DNA of 64,000 nucleotides. Source: a virus. Lineage: Duplodnaviria > Caudoviricetes. Positions 1 to 7,994 of this stretch are shown here, piece by piece (position 1 is the first letter of the stretch; each line of letters begins with the position of its first letter). Under the pieces are notes generated by a model that made no database searches, had not been told where the DNA came from, and worked only from the letters and a program-made list of their open reading frames with translations. Made by a program: the position numbers and the translations under genes. The DNA lies in IMG/VR virus record IMGVR_UViG_3300037483_000750, positions 6,940 to 70,939 of that record; one strand, written 5' to 3'.

Positions 1-2
1 CA

Positions 3-449
3 GTCTGGCGCATCTGCGAACAATGCGGCATCAACTTCCGAGTTGCCGCGTCCAATGCGGTGTGGCATCCCTCTAGATTCTGCAGTACTGAATGCGTTCT
101 TGACTTTCGTGCTCGTCGCTATCCGGTCATGAAGGTCCATCCGGATGGATACATCAACTACTATTGGCCTCGTCATCCTCTCTCTAACTCAGCCGGAATC
201 GTCTCTGAGCATGCCCTGGTTCTCTGGCAGGCAAGCTACTACAGCGATGAAGTCCTGTTACGCATCAAGGATCCGAGATGGACTATCCATCACATCAATG
301 GACAGAGGGACGACAACGACTCAGCCAACCTCGAATGGCGTCTCGCCTCTCAGCATCCAAGGGGCCTCGGTGTTTCCGATGCGGTCCGTATTCTTGAGGC
401 CAATGGTTTCGAATGCTGCCCAATCTGTCACCCTGTCAAAGGAGGTTGA
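3..449 (+). CDS. HNH homing endonuclease, 5'-partial
   Basis: The frame is open from the window start. It encodes CEQCG...FCSTEC Zn-finger residues, then GYINYYWPRHP..SEHALV and HHINGQRDDNDSANLEW (HNH motif). Confidence 0.85.
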   Translation, partial: VWRICEQCGINFRVAASNAVWHPSRFCSTECVLDFRARRYPVMKVHPDGYINYYWPRHPLSNSAGIVSEHALVLWQASYYSDEVLLRIKDPRWTIHHINGQRDDNDSANLEWRLASQHPRGLGVSDAVRILEANGFECCPICHPVKGG

Positions 450-451
450 AC

Positions 452-712
452 ATGGCTCTCGTCAAGCTCGTCGCTCGTCGTTTCTTCATCGGCCTGGGAT
501 TCCTCACAATCCTCTCGGTGGGTCTCTCTGTCGCGCTTGGGATGTTCGCCAAGGTCATCCTCCCGTACACGGATGTCCTATGGCTCCTCGTCATCATCGT
601 GGGTCTGGCCTGTATCGCCTACCTCTTTGGCTGGATGCTCGAGGACGTTGAGCACCAGAAGAAATCCATCTCTGCCTCGCTCGAGGACCGGGACGATGCC
701 GCTCCTCGGTAG
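452..712 (+). CDS. Small membrane protein (2 TM)
   Basis: GGAGG RBS at 441-445, ATG at 452, two hydrophobic stretches. Confidence 0.7.
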   Translation: MALVKLVARRFFIGLGFLTILSVGLSVALGMFAKVILPYTDVLWLLVIIVGLACIAYLFGWMLEDVEHQKKSISASLEDRDDAAPR

Positions 713-926
713 GACCAAGCCGCTCACCTCGGCCAGGTTTGAGGAACACAAAGCGTTCGCCGACGAGGACTACCAGAGCCTATCCGCTCGCTTCCACCGT
801 GAGGCCGTCGAAGAAATCATCCGGTTGCAGGGCTACCAGGAACTGCTCAAGGCGGTTCTGCGCCGGGTGCGCCGCAATCTCCAGCGCGGTGACCCCGAGG
901 CCGAAGCCATCGACAGGTTGCTGTGA
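696..926 (+). CDS. Hypothetical protein
   Basis: ATG at 696 overlaps the upstream gene; helical sequence MPLLGRTKPLTSARFEE...; its stop overlaps the next ATG (TGATG). Confidence 0.6.
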   Translation: MPLLGRTKPLTSARFEEHKAFADEDYQSLSARFHREAVEEIIRLQGYQELLKAVLRRVRRNLQRGDPEAEAIDRLL

Positions 927-1006
927 TGCGAGGGTGCCTTCGGTCCTGCCTGTTCTACTTCATCGTCTTCGTCGGCCTCGTTCTCTGCTCCCTCATCGGT
1001 TCCTAA
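926..1006 (+). CDS. 26-aa hydrophobic peptide (MRGCLRSCLFYFIVFVGLVLCSLIGS)
   Basis: TGATG coupling to the upstream ORF; one TM-like stretch; ends just before a hairpin. Below the ORF-track length cutoff. Confidence 0.5.
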   Translation: MRGCLRSCLFYFIVFVGLVLCSLIGS

Positions 1007-1010
1007 CGCG

Positions 1011-1080
1011 CAGGCCGGGCGGCTCGCCATTCCGCCCGGCCTGTCCTGGAGGAGAGTCGCCGCCCCGCACCAGGGCGGCG
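1011..1080. terminator. Two GC-rich hairpins where plus- and minus-strand operons converge
   Basis: CAGGCCGGGCGG(1011-1022)/CCGCCCGGCCTG(1032-1043) and CGCCGCCC(1058-1065)/GGGCGGCG(1073-1080). No clear U-tract. Confidence 0.55.
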
Positions 1081-1084
1081 CTGG

Positions 1085-1432
1085 TCAGCCGAAGATCGCG
1101 TTCTTGATGGCCGCGATGCCGCCGTAAATCTTCCGCAGGGCGATATCGTAGATGCCTGCGATGGCCGCCGTGCCTGCCACCAACAGGGCTCCGACGCCCC
1201 CCACGAAGCCAAGCCAATCGAGGAAAGCGCCGCCGGTCGGAACGACCGGGACGGGGATGCCGGCGAAGCCTCCGGTCAGCCCCAAGTAGGCGGCCGTCAG
1301 GATGCCCGCTCCCCAATGGATGACTTTCGTGGAAACTGTCTCGCCCCATTTCTTGGCGACGAGCTTGCCGACCTGCAGCAGGATGCTCCCGCCTCCGATG
1401 AACACCAGCGTGGCCCAAGGTTCCAGCAACAT
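1085..1432 (-). CDS. Membrane protein (about 3 TM), possibly holin-like
   Basis: 115 aa with three hydrophobic segments; GGAG upstream. Confidence 0.6.
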   Translation of the reverse strand: MLLEPWATLVFIGGGSILLQVGKLVAKKWGETVSTKVIHWGAGILTAAYLGLTGGFAGIPVPVVPTGGAFLDWLGFVGGVGALLVAGTAAIAGIYDIALRKIYGGIAAIKNAIFG

Positions 1433-1512
1433 CGTTTACCCTCCGTGTGGACTGTGGTCTCGGATGGACTTGCTTGGCGTCTGGATTCTACACCCGCTAG
1501 GCTCTCCGTCAA

Positions 1513-2295
1513 CTATGGCACCGGTGTGCTCTGCAACATCGGCACCGGGGTCGGAGCGGGCGGTGTCGGGTCAATCGCGGGCCACTCGAACGCCAGCTGA
1601 TAGGTCTTCCACCACCAGGCCAGGCCCATCTCGTAGCTTCCCGCTACCGGGTTGTCGTTGATTCGCACCTCCACCCACGGGATTGTCCTCGCGCCCCATC
1701 GCCGGGCCGTCTCATAGTCCACCTCGACCGCAATCCCCTTGATGAGGATGTTGACGAACGCGTCGCTCCGTCCGCTGCAGTCGGTCACGAGGAACGGGCC
1801 TTCCCAATCGTGGCCCGGCCGGCGGATGTAGGCTCGGTCTCCGATGTCTCCGCATCCCATCACCGCCACCACACCTTCGTACTTCTCACAGTCCAAGCCC
1901 CGGTAATTGCAGACGGATTGCATAACCCCTTCGGCGTAGCTGGTCATGGCTCCACCGAAGCCCCTTGGGTTCTGGAATCGGCTCGCCTCCCAGGTGATGA
2001 GACCGGGCACGCAATAGCCCTGGTTCATGTAGCCGTTGTAGGCGCTCTCGTCCTCGCAGTTCACTTCCCAGGGCACCTCAAATCCCCACTCGCTCTCTGT
2101 CGCTGTGGCCGTCGGGACCGACGTCGGTGTGTTCTCGGGCGTCACAGTGGCCGTCGGGGACAAGGTCGGCAGGACGGTCGCTGGCTCAGCCTGAGGTTCC
2201 TGTTCCTGCGCGCTCGCCCCGTAGCCGACCAAAACCATGGCCGCTATCAGGACTAGGATGAAAGCCGAGATGCCCTTCGCTCGTTGTTCGTTCAT
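1513..2295 (-). CDS. Secreted protein with Pro/Thr linker and RlpA/DPBB (3D-like) domain
   Basis: Signal peptide, PTATVTP linker, then VAVMGCGDIGDRAYIRR...GPFLVTDCSG...AVEVDYETARRWG, which resembles a double-psi barrel. TGATG overlap with the LCP stop. Confidence 0.5.
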   Translation of the reverse strand: MNEQRAKGISAFILVLIAAMVLVGYGASAQEQEPQAEPATVLPTLSPTATVTPENTPTSVPTATATESEWGFEVPWEVNCEDESAYNGYMNQGYCVPGLITWEASRFQNPRGFGGAMTSYAEGVMQSVCNYRGLDCEKYEGVVAVMGCGDIGDRAYIRRPGHDWEGPFLVTDCSGRSDAFVNILIKGIAVEVDYETARRWGARTIPWVEVRINDNPVAGSYEMGLAWWWKTYQLAFEWPAIDPTPPAPTPVPMLQSTPVP

Positions 2296-3374
2296 CAGCA
2301 TGCCCACAGGGTGCAGCCGAACCAGTGCATCAGCGCGTCGGCCTGGTCAAACTCTGTCCCGTACAGCTCCATGTTGAACGCTGGCACCACGACACTCGCG
2401 CCGCCTGGCGTCGTCCAGAAGTCCGTGAAGTCGGTGCCCAAGCTGGCCGTCACGACATCGGCTCCGGGCAGCTCCCTCAGCCTCCAGATGTTGTCGGCGA
2501 GGGTCCGGCCGGGTGCGTCCCACAACACGTATTGCCCCGCCCAGGTGTAGAGGTCGAGGTAATCGCCCAATGACAGCTTGCCCAATAGCTGGCTCGGGTG
2601 CCATTGTTCTTTCATCTCCCGGATGACCTCGAGTTCTCTCCGGTTCCGGTCAAGGTCACCGATCGACACCTGCCGGCCCCGCACATAGCAGAGCAGTTCG
2701 TTGCCCATCATGTGGTAGAGCCTCCCTGCCTTCCAGGTGCGCCAGTCTCCGCCCTGGCCGTCGGTTCCATTGTAGGTGCCGCAGAAGTCCGTGTAGTCCT
2801 GCCCCGGCACGATGTCCAGCCCTCCAAGCGCGTCCGTGGCTGCGATGAATCCGGGCATGGTGGTCGTCAGCACGGGCCCGTCAACCTCGACCCCGAAGTT
2901 GTAGCGGACTGTCCCGCGCACGCACTCCGCCCCACCGCGATACCACGCGGCATTGATTCGGTCGAACGCCTCGCGTGGCACCGTGTCGAGGTCCTGCTCC
3001 ATGGCGTATTCTCCCGGGAGTTCGACTTCGGCACAGGCAATCGGGAGGTACAGGTCCCGCGGGAGAGCGACCATCACCAGTCTCGCCGGCATCTCCCACT
3101 CCTCGGGCCATGTCACCATCGATACGATGATGAAGACGTCCGTTCGTATCCCGAAGGAGTTGCGTTCGGGGTACTGCGGGTCGTAGTCCGTTCCCAGCAG
3201 GACACCGGTAAAGACCTCCGGGCCCGGCTCTGGTGTCGGCGTCGCCGTGGGTTCCACCGGCTGGAACGGCGTGATCGTGGGCCATTCGGCGGTTGGTTCT
3301 GGCTTGCCAGCTGGCGCGCAGGCGGCCAAGGCCAGCGTCAGGCAAGCGGTCAGGACTGCTCCGTGAAATCGCAT
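2295..3374 (-). CDS. LCP (LytR-CpsA-Psr) family lipoprotein
   Basis: Lipobox LAAC; motifs LLGTD, RTDVFIIV, ALPRDLYL, RINAAW, LCYVRGR, GDLDRNRRE match the LCP conserved Arg/Asp pattern; AGGAGG RBS. Confidence 0.9.
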   Translation of the reverse strand: MRFHGAVLTACLTLALAACAPAGKPEPTAEWPTITPFQPVEPTATPTPEPGPEVFTGVLLGTDYDPQYPERNSFGIRTDVFIIVSMVTWPEEWEMPARLVMVALPRDLYLPIACAEVELPGEYAMEQDLDTVPREAFDRINAAWYRGGAECVRGTVRYNFGVEVDGPVLTTTMPGFIAATDALGGLDIVPGQDYTDFCGTYNGTDGQGGDWRTWKAGRLYHMMGNELLCYVRGRQVSIGDLDRNRRELEVIREMKEQWHPSQLLGKLSLGDYLDLYTWAGQYVLWDAPGRTLADNIWRLRELPGADVVTASLGTDFTDFWTTPGGASVVVPAFNMELYGTEFDQADALMHWFGCTLWAC

Positions 3375-3496
3375 CGTGTGCCTCCTTACGGCTTGTGGGT
3401 TTCCCCAGGGGGGATAGGTGAGGTTTGCAACTCTGGCCAGCCTACCGCGGGTGGCCAGTGCAATCAAGGGGTGTCGGTCCGTCTGTCACGGGAGCA

Positions 3497-3525
3497 ATTA
3501 TCCCCCTATGTCCCGATTGTGTCAA
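3497..3525 (-). promoter_or_regulatory. Sigma70-type promoter for the LCP module
   Basis: TTGACA (3525-3520), 17-nt spacer, GATAAT (3502-3497). Confidence 0.75.
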
Positions 3526-3531
3526 CCCCCC

Positions 3532-3942
3532 TTACCGGAGCTTCTGCTGGGTCTTCTGGAGGGCCTGGATGGCCCGGAGTGTCCGCCCGTGCCGTATCTC
3601 GGCCAGGCCTTCGTGCCTTCCCAAGGAGTTGGCCAGGTCTCCAATGGCCCCGCTCAGGTCGGCAGCCATTTTCGTGACGGCATCGGCGAGCTGATTTACG
3701 TAACCGGTGCCCATCTCCATGCCTTCCTTCCGCTGGGTCCGGTCAAGCTGTAGCGCTTCGGTTATGTCCTTATCCTGGTTCTGCAGCGCTTCGACGAACG
3801 TGGCTCCCTGCTTCTCCAAGAACCCCTGCCACTGTTTGTCTCGTTCCTTCCGCTCGTCCGCCTCGTGTCTGTCCCGGCGCAGCGCGTAGTAGATAAACGC
3901 CCCGACCATCCCTGCCTGGAAAACGAGGTCCCAAGGGTCCAT
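3532..3942 (-). CDS. Putative holin-like protein (N-terminal TM plus coiled coil)
   Basis: Directly downstream of the endolysin with TGATG overlap; MDPWDLVFQAGMVGAFIYYALRR. Confidence 0.55.
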   Translation of the reverse strand: MDPWDLVFQAGMVGAFIYYALRRDRHEADERKERDKQWQGFLEKQGATFVEALQNQDKDITEALQLDRTQRKEGMEMGTGYVNQLADAVTKMAADLSGAIGDLANSLGRHEGLAEIRHGRTLRAIQALQKTQQKLR

Positions 3943-5471
3943 CACAGCACCGCCCGTAGCTTGTAACCCGGATTCCAGTAGTACCCCGATTCCCCCGTCG
4001 CCCGCACGCGGACCTCCCACCAGTCACCTCCCTCGCCGCCGAAGTCCAGCGCGTCGACTAGCGTGTTGACCGGCAGAAGGCGCTTGATGCTCGCTCCCAA
4101 GTCCGGGCCGGTCCGCAGGTTGCCGGCGACGTCCACAATCCATCCCTTGCCAGGGAACAGGTCGACCATGTAGGGCGTCGGGTTCACGATGTCGCTCTTG
4201 GCCATCCAGGGGCTCCCGTGTCCCCGGTGCTTGAGCGTCATGTGGAGGTGTGCTGCGCTCGAGTTCCCCGTGTCGTCCGCCAATCCGATGAGCTGGCCAC
4301 GCGCCACCGCCAGGCCGACGACGACCCGGATGGAACCGACCGTGAAGTGCCCATAGACCGTCTCGTACTCGTCTGTCCCGTGGAGGTGCTTCAACCTCAC
4401 GTGCACGCCGTAGGCGTTGTTGTCGATCGGCTCAACCCGGCTGACGACGCCATCGGCCGCGGCGTACACCGGTGTTCCGTTCGGGGCACGGAGATCAATA
4501 CCCTCGTGGCCCTTGAGCCCGTAGGGATTGTAGAGGTAGGGATTGATTCCGTAGGCCTGGGTGACAACCTTCGGGGCCATCGTTGGCCAGGCCAGCCTGA
4601 ACTCCTCCGCCGGCGGCGGAACCGGTGCCGGCGGTGTGTCATCCCACGGGGCTTGGGCAACTGCATCGAGCTGGGCGGCCGTTGCGAGGTCCAGGCACCA
4701 CACGCCAGCGCCAACGCATTGTGGGTTGGCCTTGGCGGCGGCGAAGAAAGCGATAAGCTGCGCCGGGCTGGCCCGCCAACCGGATGGGCCCGAATACGTC
4801 GGGGCCATCGGCACAGTCTCCATCCAGCGGTAGGCGTTGTATTCGTTCAGGCTCCGGCTCAGGTTCCTGGCCCCCGCGTCGACGGCCGTCTCTCCAAGCC
4901 AATAGACCTGAGGCGCGTTCGAATGCACTCCGCTGATGAACCTCGGGAATGGGAACGTCTGGTGCAGTGTCGGGTAGCGGTAGGTGCAGAGGTAAAGGAT
5001 GAGGTCGGGCCAGAGCGAGTAGAGCCGGTCGAAGTACCGGTCCGCCACGCCGGCCATCCCTGTGCGCTCCGGGTAGACCTCCTTGTAGGGCGCTTCGGCG
5101 TCCACACCGAAGACGGGCGCTCCACCGAGCGCAACGAAGTCGCGCATGATATCGGCGGTTGCAGTGGCCTCCATCAGCGATAGGTCGGCGTCGAGCTTGT
5201 AGGTCTCGTTGTCGGCTGCCCGTCCGTACAGCCATCCCCAACCGGTGACTTCAATCCCTGCCGCCACCAGCGCCCGAACGGTCGAGGCCATGAGGTCCCA
5301 GTTCTGGTTGTGGGGGTAGTTCTCCGGGTTCTCCCATCGCCTGACCGTTCCGTTCTGGACCTTGACGGACACCGAACTGAGGCCAAGCCGTTTGGCCATC
5401 GCCACCTGAGCGGCCGGGTCTCCGCCGGCCCAGGCTCGTAGCTTCCAGACCATCCCTACTTTGCCGCGCAT
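3942..5471 (-). CDS. Endolysin: glycoside-hydrolase-like N-domain, M23 peptidase and SH3-like C-domain
   Basis: M23 motifs HEGIDL, YGH and HLH are present. The N-terminal half has a GVDAE acidic motif. The C-terminal GNLRTGP...WWEVR segment is SH3b-like. Confidence 0.85.
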   Translation of the reverse strand: MRGKVGMVWKLRAWAGGDPAAQVAMAKRLGLSSVSVKVQNGTVRRWENPENYPHNQNWDLMASTVRALVAAGIEVTGWGWLYGRAADNETYKLDADLSLMEATATADIMRDFVALGGAPVFGVDAEAPYKEVYPERTGMAGVADRYFDRLYSLWPDLILYLCTYRYPTLHQTFPFPRFISGVHSNAPQVYWLGETAVDAGARNLSRSLNEYNAYRWMETVPMAPTYSGPSGWRASPAQLIAFFAAAKANPQCVGAGVWCLDLATAAQLDAVAQAPWDDTPPAPVPPPAEEFRLAWPTMAPKVVTQAYGINPYLYNPYGLKGHEGIDLRAPNGTPVYAAADGVVSRVEPIDNNAYGVHVRLKHLHGTDEYETVYGHFTVGSIRVVVGLAVARGQLIGLADDTGNSSAAHLHMTLKHRGHGSPWMAKSDIVNPTPYMVDLFPGKGWIVDVAGNLRTGPDLGASIKRLLPVNTLVDALDFGGEGGDWWEVRVRATGESGYYWNPGYKLRAVL

Positions 5472-5472
5472 C

Positions 5473-5985
5473 TCAACCTCCGTAGCCTTCTAAGCGTAGG
5501 ACGCTCTTCCAACCGCACGAGAACGCGCACGTGATCTTCTTGTCGCTCTTGCCGTCCGGTAGCAGCTCGTCACTGGGGACGACATAGGCATTCTCGCATC
5601 TCGGGCAGACTACCGTCGCCTCTCCCGCCACCATGTCCCACGTCTGCGGCTCGGGCTGGTTGCTCCGAGCGAACAGGATGACCGGCTCGGGTCCCTTCGC
5701 CTCAGCGTCCAAGCGCCGGCTCTCGATGAGATTGACGGTGGCCACGAACTGCATGTGTGGCGTCTCCTGGAATGACGCGTCCACCCAACGCTCAAGCTCC
5801 TTCTCCGTCACGTCTTCCGGGAGTTCAATGGTGGCGTAGGCCTGGAATGCCTGAGCCGACAACTTACTCAGGTCGGTCGCCTTTATGCTGCTGCCACTTT
5901 GCCGGCTGATGAGTGCCCGGATGACTAGGTCCCGGAAGGCTACATCGTCCAGGCTTGCCGTCACCCGCAGAAGGAACGTCTTCAT
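5473..5985 (-). CDS. Hypothetical protein with C-terminal Zn ribbon
   Basis: CPRC...CAFSC motif; ATGA overlap with the upstream gene. Confidence 0.6.
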   Translation of the reverse strand: MKTFLLRVTASLDDVAFRDLVIRALISRQSGSSIKATDLSKLSAQAFQAYATIELPEDVTEKELERWVDASFQETPHMQFVATVNLIESRRLDAEAKGPEPVILFARSNQPEPQTWDMVAGEATVVCPRCENAYVVPSDELLPDGKSDKKITCAFSCGWKSVLRLEGYGG

Positions 5986-6197
5986 GACAATTCTCCCGCC
6001 AAGAAAGCCGCTAGTTCCGGGTCGTATCGGCCTGTTGCTGGCCCAATCTTTGTCACCGCTAGGTTGATGCGGGCCTGCTGGTCCTGGTTGCTGTAGTCGC
6101 CCGTCCCTGGACCCTGGTTGGCATTGGGTTTCGACGTCCTGACAACCGTAGCCCAAGGGTCATACACACCACCGCCCGTCCCTTCGATGACAGACAT
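5982..6197 (-). CDS. Small hypothetical protein
   Basis: Tightly packed in the operon. Confidence 0.5.
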   Translation of the reverse strand: MSVIEGTGGGVYDPWATVVRTSKPNANQGPGTGDYSNQDQQARINLAVTKIGPATGRYDPELAAFLAGELS

Positions 6198-6198
6198 T

Positions 6199-7125
6199 CT
6201 ATACCCCTGCCGATGCCCGTTTCAGGACCAAGTCTGCGAATTCGCTCTTGCTCGGGCGGATGGTCAATTGGTTTCCTATCGTACTGCGCTCGACGATTCT
6301 CGTCTTCGTCGGGTCCTGCACAAAGCTGGTGAATACGGTTGGGTCGGCCGGCGAATAGCCGTGGGCCTGTACCCACCGGTCCACCCGCACTTCGTTGGGA
6401 GGCACGTCCACGCCGTTGTTGTCCCGCATGTTGGCCATGGGCTCCCAAAAGTCTGTGTAGTACTCGACGGCCCTCACCCGGGCTGCCGGTGCTGGCTTCA
6501 CTGGTACCGCGATAATCCCCCAGTTGGTGTCCGCTCCAGAACTGGACCAAGACATGGTCACCGTGGTCGCCCCGGCCTCATACGACATGCCACCGAAGGT
6601 GTTGTTCCGCCCGATGCCCGTATCGCAGACTCCGCTGTTTATCAGTGTCTGCCCAGCGCCTGGCGATGGTCCCACTGGGTTGTTAGTCCCCATGATGTCG
6701 ACGACGACCTGGCTGCTCTCCGAAGTAACATTCACTGTTGGAGTGCCACCGTTCCCACTGGCCTTCGCTTGCGTCCCGAATGGCGACGCGACATCGACGC
6801 CTGTAACGCCTACGGCGACTGCCGCTCCCGATCTAGCTCCTGCCCAGGAGATAGATACGGTGTTCGAACCAGAGGGGGGGGAGATGAGATAGTACAGACG
6901 CACTCGGACATCGCATCCAGCCGCGCCTCCCTGATAAATCGTGTCGAGTGATGTCATCGCCTGGCCGCCGTAGGTCACAGCACTCGGCGTGTTGTCTCCG
7001 CAGACCGTGACTCCAAGAAGCAAGATGCGATTTGGCGTGTCCACAGTCGTGTGCGCGAAGGACCATGGGTTTGCGCTGCAGGTTGTGAAGAGCGTATCGT
7101 TTGTGGTGTCGACGACAACCGCCAT
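6199..7125 (-). CDS. Tail tip / receptor-binding structural protein
   Basis: Gly/Ser/Thr-rich beta-type sequence located after the baseplate genes. Confidence 0.55.
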   Translation of the reverse strand: MAVVVDTTNDTLFTTCSANPWSFAHTTVDTPNRILLLGVTVCGDNTPSAVTYGGQAMTSLDTIYQGGAAGCDVRVRLYYLISPPSGSNTVSISWAGARSGAAVAVGVTGVDVASPFGTQAKASGNGGTPTVNVTSESSQVVVDIMGTNNPVGPSPGAGQTLINSGVCDTGIGRNNTFGGMSYEAGATTVTMSWSSSGADTNWGIIAVPVKPAPAARVRAVEYYTDFWEPMANMRDNNGVDVPPNEVRVDRWVQAHGYSPADPTVFTSFVQDPTKTRIVERSTIGNQLTIRPSKSEFADLVLKRASAGV

Positions 7126-7994
7126 CAGACAACCACCCTCTCCGGCGCTGCTTGCCGGTAATAGAACTTCCGGCCAGCCTCCATGCCAGCGACGTACAGG
7201 AGGAAGTTCGAATCTCCTAGGTCGCAGATACTCTCAATCATCTCGCCGGCTCGTCTGTCGGCATCTAGCTCCCGTGTCACGGGTGTGGCGTTGGCCTGTA
7301 TCGTGCTTGAAGCCACAAATTGACCGACGGCTGTGACGATGGTGCTCACCAGCGAGCTCGCTCCGACTGTGCCAGTCAGGGCCGTCTGGTTGTAGGTCCT
7401 CCATCCGAGTGTGTGCCACCAGCCGAGGCACGAAAAGACCAACCTGGCTCTCTCAAACGCGTCCGCCCCGAAGTTGAGTCCCTCCAGCTCCGGGGTCGGC
7501 CAGAACACCTGCTGAAGGTGTGTATTCGCCTTCTGAGCTGCCTCGGCTGCTCCGAGCTGTCCACCGTTGATGACCCCTTCCTTGATGCCGAACCTGGACT
7601 GACTTAAGGTGCTGTTGTAGACCGTCGACCGCGTCACCGAGCCGCCACCGATAGGCTGGTAACGGGTCCAGACTTTGTTCTCCATCCGGTCTAGCCAATT
7701 GGCCGTCTTAGCACTCCCTCGGTCGATGGTTATCCGGTTGATGAACCCTTCCCAATCGACATTGCTCTTGTCGTTGTAGACATGGAGCTGCCGGCCGGGT
7801 CCGTTGTTGAGATAGTCGATGGCTAGTTCTCTGTTGTCCGTCTCGAGCACGAAGCTGGCTGAATAGAAGCCGCCCATGTCACGGTCGACGAGCTTCAAGC
7901 TGTCTTCGAGGAGGTTCCTGACCGGTATCTCCTGGTGGAAGGATTCCCAGGAGGTGACGGGGTTCTCGCTGATGACGACGCTGGCGCTGCCCAT
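7125..7994 (-). CDS. Baseplate hub / Tal-like tail protein
   Basis: Second gene after the tape measure; sequence style fits hub proteins. Synteny-based call. Confidence 0.55.
   Translation of the reverse strand: MGSASVVISENPVTSWESFHQEIPVRNLLEDSLKLVDRDMGGFYSASFVLETDNRELAIDYLNNGPGRQLHVYNDKSNVDWEGFINRITIDRGSAKTANWLDRMENKVWTRYQPIGGGSVTRSTVYNSTLSQSRFGIKEGVINGGQLGAAEAAQKANTHLQQVFWPTPELEGLNFGADAFERARLVFSCLGWWHTLGWRTYNQTALTGTVGASSLVSTIVTAVGQFVASSTIQANATPVTRELDADRRAGEMIESICDLGDSNFLLYVAGMEAGRKFYYRQAAPERVVV

Noticed and set aside
3390-3435. Resemblance to a c-di-GMP-I riboswitch (GCAAAC...GAAA...CAAGCC)
   Set aside because: Spacing and pairing between these pieces do not fit the GEMM P2 stem; kept only as a generic structured leader.
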